Shown here in pieces: positions 38,753-46,639 of a stretch of 64,000 bases of DNA. The DNA lies in contig DIZX01000009.1 in the NCBI GenBank assembly GCA_002429485.1, forward strand, positions 5,461 to 69,460. Reading direction: 5' to 3'. The translations under genes and the position numbers were made by a program. The notes under the pieces were generated by a model. It did no database searches, had not been told where the DNA came from, and worked only from the letters and a program-made list of their open reading frames with translations. Source of the stretch: Patescibacteria group bacterium UBA6017 (lineage in GTDB: Bacteria; Patescibacteriota; Saccharimonadia; UBA4664). Position 1 is the first letter of the stretch. Each line of letters starts with the position of its first letter.

Positions 38753-39637
38753 TTAGAAGTCGTCGGAGTGTTTGAGGGTTGCGGACAGGGCGGCGGCGAG
38801 GCCCGGGGCACTCGGACGATCGGTGTCACCGAGGGTGGCGCCGGCTTGGGCGATCAGATAGGCACCGGTGGCGAGGCCGGCGGTGGGGTTGGTACGGTTT
38901 TGGAGCCAAAAAGTGCTCAGGGTGCCGTAAAACAGGGCCGGAGTGAGGCTTAGCCGGTAATTGATAGGCGTCACAATGAGATCGGCTCCGGCGGCCACAA
39001 TGATTTCGCTGCCGTAAACGGCGTAGGCGCAGGCGCTGGCGGCGGCCAGGTTCTGGACGATTTCGAGCTTGTTGATCAGGCCTGCACCCTGTCGGATGCT
39101 GATGGCGATGTCGAGAACGCCGCAGAGTTTGAAAACTTCGGCCATAGTGAGGATGATGAGTGCCCGTGGATTGTCGGTGACGGCGGTTATATTTTGGCGC
39201 ATGGCGGTAAGGCCTTCGTCGATGACGATAATAGGCCGGTCGATCTCGCTGATGATCCGCTCGGTAAGCATGGCGGTGTTGGAATTATTGGAAATACTGG
39301 CGCCGATGGCGACGGCATCGGCTTCTTCGCTGAGCTCCAGGATACGGCCCAGGGCTTCGCGGCCAAGTGATCCGGAGGTGCTTGAAGCTGCGAAGGCGGT
39401 ACCGGAGGAGCCGCCGAGGAATTTGGCCAGGTTGTCAGGGAGGACAGCGACGGCCTCGCCTACCCCGGCGGCCACGGCAAACTGATGAATGGCGGTAGGC
39501 AGGCTGAATTCGCCTGAGTGTCCGCCCACGATTAATAGCCGTCCCCCGCCGCTGCGGGTAATGGGGCGGTTGTAAAGAACCTTGGGGAACAAGGGCTCGT
39601 CGGTTTGGCGAATAAATTGGGGTGGTTCGGGGCTCAT
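38753..39637 (-). CDS. YjeF_C-like carbohydrate-kinase-fold protein (NAD(P)HX dehydratase family, divergent)
   Basis: LLIVGGHSGEF...AGVGEAV, ADAVAIGASI, ILTMAEVFKLCGV (compare LTPHxGEfxRL) and GATLGDTD near the C-terminus. Start set at the ATG at 39637 (MSPEPP) because the track start is GTG. Confidence 0.45.
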   Translation of the reverse strand: MSPEPPQFIRQTDEPLFPKVLYNRPITRSGGGRLLIVGGHSGEFSLPTAIHQFAVAAGVGEAVAVLPDNLAKFLGGSSGTAFAASSTSGSLGREALGRILELSEEADAVAIGASISNNSNTAMLTERIISEIDRPIIVIDEGLTAMRQNITAVTDNPRALIILTMAEVFKLCGVLDIAISIRQGAGLINKLEIVQNLAAASACAYAVYGSEIIVAAGADLIVTPINYRLSLTPALFYGTLSTFWLQNRTNPTAGLATGAYLIAQAGATLGDTDRPSAPGLAAALSATLKHSDDF

Positions 39638-39790
39638 ATGGCTCCACCATAGCACAGGCCAGATACGGGAGCACCGGATTTATGCAATATTCTAAGATAA
39701 CGCGTATATAGCATGGTCATTTAGAACATTATACAGGAGCTATGTCTTTGGCCGTTTAATATACTTATGTTCCTAATAAGGATCTAATTC

Positions 39791-40141
39791 ATGTCTCAAG
39801 TTATTCAAAGCGAAGTTGTCGGCGAAACTGCCGATGTTGCACCAACTCAATCTTCAGTGTCGGAGAGGGTGCTGTCGATAATCGTTGGGTTTGTGGTTAG
39901 TATATTGGCGATTCGATTTGTGCTCACCCTGCTCGGAGCCAACCGTAACAACGGGTTTGCCGACTTGATCTATTCCGCGACCTATCCGTTGGTTGCGCCC
40001 TTTTTCGGGCTATTCGGGTATAAGTTTGAATACGGAGTGGCAAGGTTCGAGATTGAGACATTGGTCGCGATTGCGGTGTATGCCTTGATTGGCTACGGTA
40101 TAGGCCGTTTATTGGCACTGCGTCACCCCGAGGCTGCTTAG
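39791..40141 (+). CDS. YggT-like small membrane protein
   Basis: Two hydrophobic helices with IRFVLTLLGANRNNGFADLIYSATYPLVAPF, resembling the YggT repeat. RBS AAGGA. Confidence 0.4.
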   Translation: MSQVIQSEVVGETADVAPTQSSVSERVLSIIVGFVVSILAIRFVLTLLGANRNNGFADLIYSATYPLVAPFFGLFGYKFEYGVARFEIETLVAIAVYALIGYGIGRLLALRHPEAA

Positions 40142-40280
40142 TTCGCGAAATATCTCGTTAAAAAGCAAAGCGCCCCACCGAAGCAGAGCGCTTTCGTCAG
40201 CGATGAAAGGCTGACGTGCTCTGCCTCGATGAGGCAGTGTGACGACCTGGGATCAGGTTGTCACGGGTGGTGGCGGGCGA

Positions 40281-40982
40281 TCAGATGCCGCGGCCGTAGT
40301 TGGATCGGTTCCGGCGGTTTCCGAAGTAGCCGATCAACACGAGGATCAGGAACACACCGATGATCACGGCGCCGATCCACATGACAGTCGACATGATGCT
40401 TGAACCCAGTGAGGTGTTGGACGACACCGGGACGATCTCGCCGTTCTGGAGAACGTAGCCGCCGGGGTAGGAGTGGTGGAACCACGGGTTCCCGGCGAGC
40501 AGGTAGTTCGGCGCGTAGTACGGGCTGTCGTACAGTGTCCAGTACGCCGCGCTGCCGAAGAGGGGGTATCCCCCGTGGTAGGTGGTGTAGTAGTTGTGGT
40601 ACGAGGCCTGGGAGTAGTTCCAGGTGTGGCCGCCGCTGGAGTAGCTGCTGCCGCTCGCCCGGGCTGTCGACGGTACGCTCACCCTCGAAGACGGAGGGTT
40701 GACGATGACGGTCCGGCTCGAGAGAGGTGCGGCCCGTCCGCCCGAGTTGGACGGCGCCGAGACGCCACGACCTCCGGTGGTGCCACCCCCGCCGCTGATG
40801 CCGCTGCGAGGTGGTGAGTAGCTCTTGCTGCCGCCCGAGTTGGACGGTGCCGAGACAGCGCGACCGCCGCCGCCACCGCTTCCGCGAGCTTGGATGCTTG
40901 CGGCGGAAGCCGGTGATGCTGCGAAGATGAACAGGGCGGCCATGAAGGCCAGGACTGTGCTGAACGCTTTTCTGCTGGACAT
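40281..40982 (-). CDS. secreted Gly/Ser-rich low-complexity protein with a Tyr-rich region and C-terminal TM anchor
   Basis: Start re-picked at the ATG at 40982 (MSSRKAFSTVLAFMAALFIFAASPASAAS signal peptide) with RBS AAGGAG. GGGGGRAVSAPSNSGG repeats. Terminal TM plus RRNR. Confidence 0.5.
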   Translation of the reverse strand: MSSRKAFSTVLAFMAALFIFAASPASAASIQARGSGGGGGRAVSAPSNSGGSKSYSPPRSGISGGGGTTGGRGVSAPSNSGGRAAPLSSRTVIVNPPSSRVSVPSTARASGSSYSSGGHTWNYSQASYHNYYTTYHGGYPLFGSAAYWTLYDSPYYAPNYLLAGNPWFHHSYPGGYVLQNGEIVPVSSNTSLGSSIMSTVMWIGAVIIGVFLILVLIGYFGNRRNRSNYGRGI

Positions 40983-40986
40983 AACG

Positions 40987-41685
40987 CTACTCCTTCTTGA
41001 AGTCGGGAAATGCGCTGAGTGCTGCATGAAGCCTTGCGTGTGCCTGGACCCGCTGTGAGAGCGGGGCTTCGTTCGGGAAGTACAACTGACGGATTCGGTG
41101 GAATGCCTCGTCGTCCGCAGATGTCCTTCTGTTCAGGTTGTCGACCGGCGGAGCAATCCAAATCCCGGCAAGCAGGGGGCTGCCCCCCTTTGCGACCGGG
41201 TAGATGAATGGCGCCAGGGTGGTCGGCCACTCGAGCTGCCCCAAGAGCATGCGCAACGCGGTGTTGAGCTTGTCCAGGGGCAAGTCGATCCAGCTGGGAA
41301 GTTGATATCCCATAACACCGATGACGCCGCCGTCCATGACAGCGTTGCCGACGAACGGGGGGTCGCCCAGAAAGTCGTAACGATTGCCGGAGGAGGTGAC
41401 CAGTTCGGCCGCCTCCGCCGCGCCCCAGAAGATCTCGTTGATCTCTGTTTGAGAGTACGTGTTTCGGGGCATGGCGAGGTAACCCACGACCGAACCGGCC
41501 TCGCGGGCCGAGTACAGTTGCGGGATGGCGGTTTCGTTGCCGGCGCCGTTGTAGAAGTGCTCGAGGGTCTTGTTTAGGTCAACGAATGGCCAGGTCACAT
41601 CCTGTCGGTCCGCAAAGGCAACGACGGCTTGGGTGACGAGGCCATTTACTGGCTGACCGATGTCGTAACACACTATGCAGTCCAA
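40987..41685 (-). CDS. hypothetical protein (232 aa)
   Basis: GC-rich ORF upstream of and co-directional with the Gly/Ser-rich protein gene. No family recognised. Confidence 0.4.
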   Translation of the reverse strand: MDCIVCYDIGQPVNGLVTQAVVAFADRQDVTWPFVDLNKTLEHFYNGAGNETAIPQLYSAREAGSVVGYLAMPRNTYSQTEINEIFWGAAEAAELVTSSGNRYDFLGDPPFVGNAVMDGGVIGVMGYQLPSWIDLPLDKLNTALRMLLGQLEWPTTLAPFIYPVAKGGSPLLAGIWIAPPVDNLNRRTSADDEAFHRIRQLYFPNEAPLSQRVQAHARLHAALSAFPDFKKE

Positions 41686-41927
41686 GGGACTGCTCCTTTC
41701 AAGGTTCGAGGGGCTCCCGACAGATGTGAGGAGATCTGGAATACTTTAACAGTATATATTCTACCTGTCAATAGTATTGTGAGCGTGTTGCGACTTTTGA
41801 CTGCCAAAATTTATGTACTTGACCTGACTAGCCTTATATTGTAGAGTACTTTACTGACACGCTCATATGGCGCGTCATTTTATGTCCGAGATCTCGGACA
41901 TCCGTTTTCGACCAGAGGAGCAATCCA

Positions 41928-42707
41928 ATGTCCGATCGCAAACATGGTCCCATCTCGGGATGGCTTCACCTGCTGGGCCGCAGCAACGCCGCGGCCCAGA
42001 CCCAGGCTGAGATCGACTTGAACGCGCGTATCAGCGCCGACGTCGTGCTCGCTCAGGGCCTGCAGTCCGCCGAGGACGACCACGACAACGTCGAGCTCAG
42101 CGCCGGCAAGGTCCAGCAGCAGCTGGAGCTCGCTCGCATGGAGCGTGACCGGTTGGCCAAGGAAGAGGCTGAGATCCAGGGCCAGGTCACCTTCCTGGTT
42201 GGCGAGTTCCACACGGCGCAGACCGCCGGGGATTCCGCCGCACAGGAGGAGGCCAAGAAGCAGGGCAGCGCAGCCGCAACGCGTCTCAAGGCCGTCCAGG
42301 ACGAGATCCACGCCAACGAGGTCATGCTGGCTGAGATGGAAGCCGCCGGGCAGACCGCCGATGACGCCACAGACGTGGCCGATCAGCAGCTCGAGGACTC
42401 GAAGCTGGAGGTCACACGGCTTCGGCAGATGCAGACGCGGGCAGCCCTTGCCCGTGCGACTACCCAGTCCCTCAAGGACGCGACCAGCTCGAACGGCGAC
42501 GGCACCAAGGCCACCCTGGGTGACGCGCGATCGAAGATCGAGACCGACTACGCCGGTGCCATCGGCGAGGCGCACGTGGTCGGGCACTCGGCTGCGGCGG
42601 GCGCAATCGCCGTCAAGGCCAAGATGCATCAGAAGGCCGGCAACGACCTCTTCGCGGCCGCACTGGCGGCGGGCAAGCAGGACAGCGTCCCGCAGCCCGT
42701 TTCCTGA
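41928..42707 (+). CDS. pspA: PspA/IM30 (phage-shock protein A / Vipp1) family coiled-coil protein
   Basis: N-terminal amphipathic helix SGWLHLLGRS, then long Q/E/A-rich coiled coils with QVTFLVGEFHTAQ and RSKIETDYAGAIGEAHVVG, as in the actinobacterial PspA family. RBS AGAGGAG. Confidence 0.7.
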   Translation: MSDRKHGPISGWLHLLGRSNAAAQTQAEIDLNARISADVVLAQGLQSAEDDHDNVELSAGKVQQQLELARMERDRLAKEEAEIQGQVTFLVGEFHTAQTAGDSAAQEEAKKQGSAAATRLKAVQDEIHANEVMLAEMEAAGQTADDATDVADQQLEDSKLEVTRLRQMQTRAALARATTQSLKDATSSNGDGTKATLGDARSKIETDYAGAIGEAHVVGHSAAAGAIAVKAKMHQKAGNDLFAAALAAGKQDSVPQPVS

Positions 42708-42835
42708 CCCATCTCGGTCCGCACTACCGGTGACCCCAGTCGCAATCAGACTGGGGTCACCACCCCCACAGAATTTACAAGTCAGTTTGGCTTGCAGGTT
42801 GTGAAGGGTGATCTAAATTTTTTGCTTAGCTCGTA

Positions 42836-43807
42836 CTAGACGCCGGGGGTTGGCTTGGCCGCGGCGGCGGCGCGACGAGTGTGCCCGTGTACCGAGCGGC
42901 GGTAGCGGCGTTCGGCTGTAGCGTCGGCGTAGAAGGCCACGGGGCCGTGGACAATGACTGAATCTCGACCGCTGCGTTTGTCGGTGGTCAGAATAGCTTC
43001 CAGAGCGAACCGTTCGATAATCCATTCGCGGTAGGGTGTGACTTCGCAGATCGCCGTGATGCGCCAAATGTCATCATCGATTTTTTTGATTTCGGAAATA
43101 GTCAGCGGTTTGGGGATAGTAATGGGGCTCGAAGGAATTACCTTGAAGGCCTTTTTTACGATCTGCTCGCCCAGCTCGGGGTCGCTGACGAAGGTCTCGA
43201 TGGCCATAGTATGTGAAGCTGCCGCCGATACGCGCACGGCTTGGATGTGCTGATTATGTACCCAAATAATTTCACCGTTCATGCTGCGCAGTTTGGTGGC
43301 GCGCAGAGTGACTTGCTCGACCACTCCCCCGAGGTGCGGAAATGGCTCAATGACCACATGATCGCCCACGTTGAACCAATGCTCGGCGATCATCACGAAG
43401 CCGTAGGTGACATCTTTGAGCAGCGGTACGAGGGTGGCGCCACCGAGCAGAACAAAGATGGTACTGGCTCCCACGATGGCCAGCGGGGCGGTGGATGGGT
43501 TGGTGAGCTTCCAGGCAGCTACGAGCGCACCAATGATAACGACTACGCGACCAACGGCGACGCCAAGACTCAAAAAGGTTTCGAGGCGGCGGGTACGTAG
43601 GAAGCGTTCGCTGGCGGGGGTAGCTTCCATACTACGGGTGATACTGCCGGCCAAAACGGGCGCCATGCGGGCCATAAGTTTATTGAAGAAATAGGCAACG
43701 ACAAGAGCTAGGCTAAAACTGATAATAATATGAAACTCGCTCCAATTGGGTGTGAGCGGGGCAAAAAATTGCTGAAAACTGTGAGATATATAGTCGATAG
43801 GCACCAT
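42836..43807 (-). CDS. small-conductance mechanosensitive channel (MscS family)
   Basis: TM helices, then GDHVVIEPFPHLGGVVEQVTLRATKLRSMNGEIIWVHN, the conserved MscS beta-domain. The track start (43888) is a TTG, so the ATG at 43807 is preferred. Confidence 0.7.
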   Translation of the reverse strand: MVPIDYISHSFQQFFAPLTPNWSEFHIIISFSLALVVAYFFNKLMARMAPVLAGSITRSMEATPASERFLRTRRLETFLSLGVAVGRVVVIIGALVAAWKLTNPSTAPLAIVGASTIFVLLGGATLVPLLKDVTYGFVMIAEHWFNVGDHVVIEPFPHLGGVVEQVTLRATKLRSMNGEIIWVHNQHIQAVRVSAAASHTMAIETFVSDPELGEQIVKKAFKVIPSSPITIPKPLTISEIKKIDDDIWRITAICEVTPYREWIIERFALEAILTTDKRSGRDSVIVHGPVAFYADATAERRYRRSVHGHTRRAAAAAKPTPGV

Positions 43808-43942
43808 ATCATTGTAACGCTCTGGCTTGATATGGGTAACCCCGCAATCTACTGATGGTAATGCGGCGATATTTAAGGTACAGTCCAATGCATCTCTTCC
43901 CCTCTCCCCCTCCCACCTGACGATTAAGGATGTGGCTCGACG

Positions 43943-44449
43943 ATGCTTAGAGAAGTACTTTCCGATCCGGACATGGAGTCGTTACTGGCGAGCATGTCAT
44001 TCAACAGGATTTGGGACGCCAACAGCAAGTTGGCTGTAACCCTCAGTCTTCATCCTGAGTTCATCGTGGACGACATTCAGGCCTTCATCGCCAACCTCGA
44101 TGCTAGCTTGATAGAGCTGGTGGCATCGGGCAGCGTTAATCCCGTGAAGTTCACAGTTTCCCAGGATGATGTTTCGCCAAACCCCGCTACGTGCAGCCAG
44201 ACCAATTGGACCGCTCTGGCGAGCTTGATGCACTTCTTGCCGCGCAATTTCGCCCCGTGCATGGTGCCGCCTCGGCTTGCTCTGGCGGCGTACGCTGCAT
44301 TGGTACAAGGTGCCGAGGAGTTAGCGATCCTTGGCTATGAGGCTGCGAACGTCGAGGCGATAATCGGCAGATCAATGTCATTTTCGATGGCAGTCGGCGA
44401 AGACTTCGTGGACTGGGCTGCTTCCTGCCCGGACATGGTGGCCGGTTAA
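43943..44449 (+). CDS. hypothetical protein (168 aa)
   Basis: ORF only. No family recognised. Confidence 0.3.
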   Translation: MLREVLSDPDMESLLASMSFNRIWDANSKLAVTLSLHPEFIVDDIQAFIANLDASLIELVASGSVNPVKFTVSQDDVSPNPATCSQTNWTALASLMHFLPRNFAPCMVPPRLALAAYAALVQGAEELAILGYEAANVEAIIGRSMSFSMAVGEDFVDWAASCPDMVAG

Positions 44450-44542
44450 CACCATTGCCGGCAAAATCTCCACCCCCGGGGCGGCATTACGTGCTGCCCC
44501 GGGGAACCCCCATTACGCAATTATTTGGTATGCTACATATCT

Positions 44543-46057
44543 ATGGATCAGGCACTGGCGCTCGAAATTATGATGGCGGGAGAAAGTATATTGCTCACGG
44601 GGCCGGCTGGCTCGGGTAAGACGTATGTGCTGGCGGAGTTTATTAAGTTGGCTAAGCGCGACGGGCGCACGGTGGCGGTGACGGCCACTACGGGTCTGGC
44701 AGCCAGTCATTTGAACGGATCGACGATTCATTCGTGGAGCGGAATTGGGATTGCCGATGAGCTGCCCCAGGATTTTGTGCGAAATCTGTCGAAATCGCGG
44801 CACGATATTATCGTAAAAACCGACGTGCTAATAATTGACGAAATTTCGATGCTGCACGATTACCGGCTCGATATGGTGGACGAGGCAGCGAGGCTGGTGC
44901 GCAAAAGCGCTGAGCCGTTTGGCGGCATTCAGGTGATATTGTGCGGCGACTTTTTTCAGCTGCCGCCGGTGAGCCGGTCCGACCAACGGGGAGGCGGCTT
45001 TGTGGTGGATTCGCAGGCGTGGAAGGCGCTTGATCCAGTGATTTGCCGCCTTAGCGAGCAGCACCGGCAAGACGACGAAACTTTTTTGACCGTGCTCAAT
45101 GCGCTTCGTGCGGGCGAGATTCGCCGCGGGCATGCCGAGACTCTGTTGGACCGTATGGATGTGCCGCTGGAGGGGGCGGTGACCGAGCTGCATACCACCA
45201 ATGTTGATGTGGACCGTATAAATGAGTCACAGCTGGCGAAGATACCCGGCGAAGAGCAGAGCTACCAGATGACTACCACGGGCAAGGCCAATTATGTGGA
45301 GTCTCTGAAACGCTCGTGTTTGGCACCGGAAATACTAACGCTGAAAATCGGGGCGTTGGTGATGTGTATTAAAAACGCTCAGGACCGGAAATACGTTAAC
45401 GGCTCACTCGGGGTGGTGACCGACTTTGAGACGCTCACGGGATACCCGACGGTCCAGCTGCGCAACGGGCGGACTATAACGATGCTGCCAGATTCGTGGG
45501 AACTGCGTGACGGCGATAAAAAGCGGGCTTCGCTGACGCAACTGCCGCTGCGGCTGGCGTGGGCGATCACGGTACATAAGAGTCAGGGTATGACGCTCGA
45601 TGCCGCGCGGATTGACCTGCGCCGAGCGTTTGTGCCGGGCATGGGCTACGTTGCCCTATCGCGGGTTCGGAGTTTGGCGGCGTTGAGCCTAGTGGGGATC
45701 AATAAGATGGCCCTTACGGTTTCGCCCGAGGCGCTGGCGATGGACGGCGTACTGGCCGCCAAGGGCGAGGCCGATGCAGTGCGGTTTGGCCATCTGGCGG
45801 AGGCAGCCGCGGCACGCAAAAACGCGCCGGAAAAGCCGGCGAAGTCCTCGAATTGGTCCGGCAAGCTCGAGGGCATGCGCGCTACTTATCCGAATGCTTT
45901 TAAGCCATGGCCCATCACCGATGACGACAAATTGAGGGAATTATTTGAGGGCGGGACGGGACTGAAAGATCTCAGCGCGGCGCTGGGACGTCAGCCGGGC
46001 TCGATTACGGCTAGGCTCAAGAAGCACTTTGGCGAGGGCGTAGAGGTCGCGCGGTAA
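44543..46057 (+). CDS. PIF1/RecD-like superfamily-1 DNA helicase with a C-terminal HTH-like extension
   Basis: Walker A LLTGPAGSGKTY, DEISML Walker B, LCGDFFQLPPV, and VHKSQGMTLD (motif V/VI). Start at MDQALALEIMMAG. Confidence 0.8.
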   Translation: MDQALALEIMMAGESILLTGPAGSGKTYVLAEFIKLAKRDGRTVAVTATTGLAASHLNGSTIHSWSGIGIADELPQDFVRNLSKSRHDIIVKTDVLIIDEISMLHDYRLDMVDEAARLVRKSAEPFGGIQVILCGDFFQLPPVSRSDQRGGGFVVDSQAWKALDPVICRLSEQHRQDDETFLTVLNALRAGEIRRGHAETLLDRMDVPLEGAVTELHTTNVDVDRINESQLAKIPGEEQSYQMTTTGKANYVESLKRSCLAPEILTLKIGALVMCIKNAQDRKYVNGSLGVVTDFETLTGYPTVQLRNGRTITMLPDSWELRDGDKKRASLTQLPLRLAWAITVHKSQGMTLDAARIDLRRAFVPGMGYVALSRVRSLAALSLVGINKMALTVSPEALAMDGVLAAKGEADAVRFGHLAEAAAARKNAPEKPAKSSNWSGKLEGMRATYPNAFKPWPITDDDKLRELFEGGTGLKDLSAALGRQPGSITARLKKHFGEGVEVAR

Positions 46058-46064
46058 GGGAGCG

Positions 46065-46625
46065 CTAGCGCAGAACGTCGATGACGGTGGGGGCTTGATT
46101 GGTCCAGCCGAAATCAACGTAGAGCAGTGGGTGGGCCAGCCGCTTCGGTACGGCAAACGAGATTTGGCCGGTGACGGTTTGGCCGGGAAGGACAGAGGCT
46201 GCGGCCAGCGGGTTCTTGATGGCTATGGAAGGATGCATGACGAAGGTGTCACCCTCGCGGTCGCGGACGTACAGCTGAGTGGTCGGAGTGAGATCCTGCT
46301 TGCCGGCGGTGTGATTGGTAATTGAGATATCCATGATCAGCATGGTGTCGGTGGTGTCGATTGTGAAGGCCGGGTCGAAGGCGGAGCTTTCGGTGACGTT
46401 GCTGACTTTGACGGTGTAGTTCTTGGTTTCGTCTGCCTGAAGTGAGGTTAATACGAGATTGGAGTTGGCGATAACGCGCGGGGCGGGCTGCGTACTGTCG
46501 TGATATATGCGGTTGGTAATGTAGGCGGCGTTAATGATTAGCAGCACGATTAATGAGGTGAGCACGCCTGCCCAGCTCATAAAATGGTCTCGAACGCGGA
46601 AATGACGCGGATGGATTTTTTTCAT
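46065..46625 (-). CDS. membrane-anchored DUF4352-like (Ig/E-set-like) extracellular protein
   Basis: One N-terminal TM, then a beta-sandwich-type sequence (TVKVSNVTESSAFDP...ISITNHTAGKQDL...TGQISFAVP) paralogous to 49081..49587 and 49650..50168. Confidence 0.55.
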   Translation of the reverse strand: MKKIHPRHFRVRDHFMSWAGVLTSLIVLLIINAAYITNRIYHDSTQPAPRVIANSNLVLTSLQADETKNYTVKVSNVTESSAFDPAFTIDTTDTMLIMDISITNHTAGKQDLTPTTQLYVRDREGDTFVMHPSIAIKNPLAAASVLPGQTVTGQISFAVPKRLAHPLLYVDFGWTNQAPTVIDVLR

Positions 46626-46639
46626 AATTGATCCTTAAA

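Noticed and set aside
40400-41058. Plus-strand Arg-rich ORFs (40400..40702, 40473..40817, 40825..41058) and the minus ORF 40679..41230
   Set aside because: They overlap the Gly/Ser-rich secreted protein gene and its upstream neighbour in high-GC DNA. They have no starts with RBS. The minus-strand genes have a signal peptide and an AAGGAG RBS.
42053-42804. Alternative-frame ORFs over pspA (42053..42370 minus, 42145..42804 plus)
   Set aside because: The pspA frame has a clear PspA/IM30 coiled-coil signature and an RBS. The others are Pro/Arg/Ser-rich wrong-frame translations.
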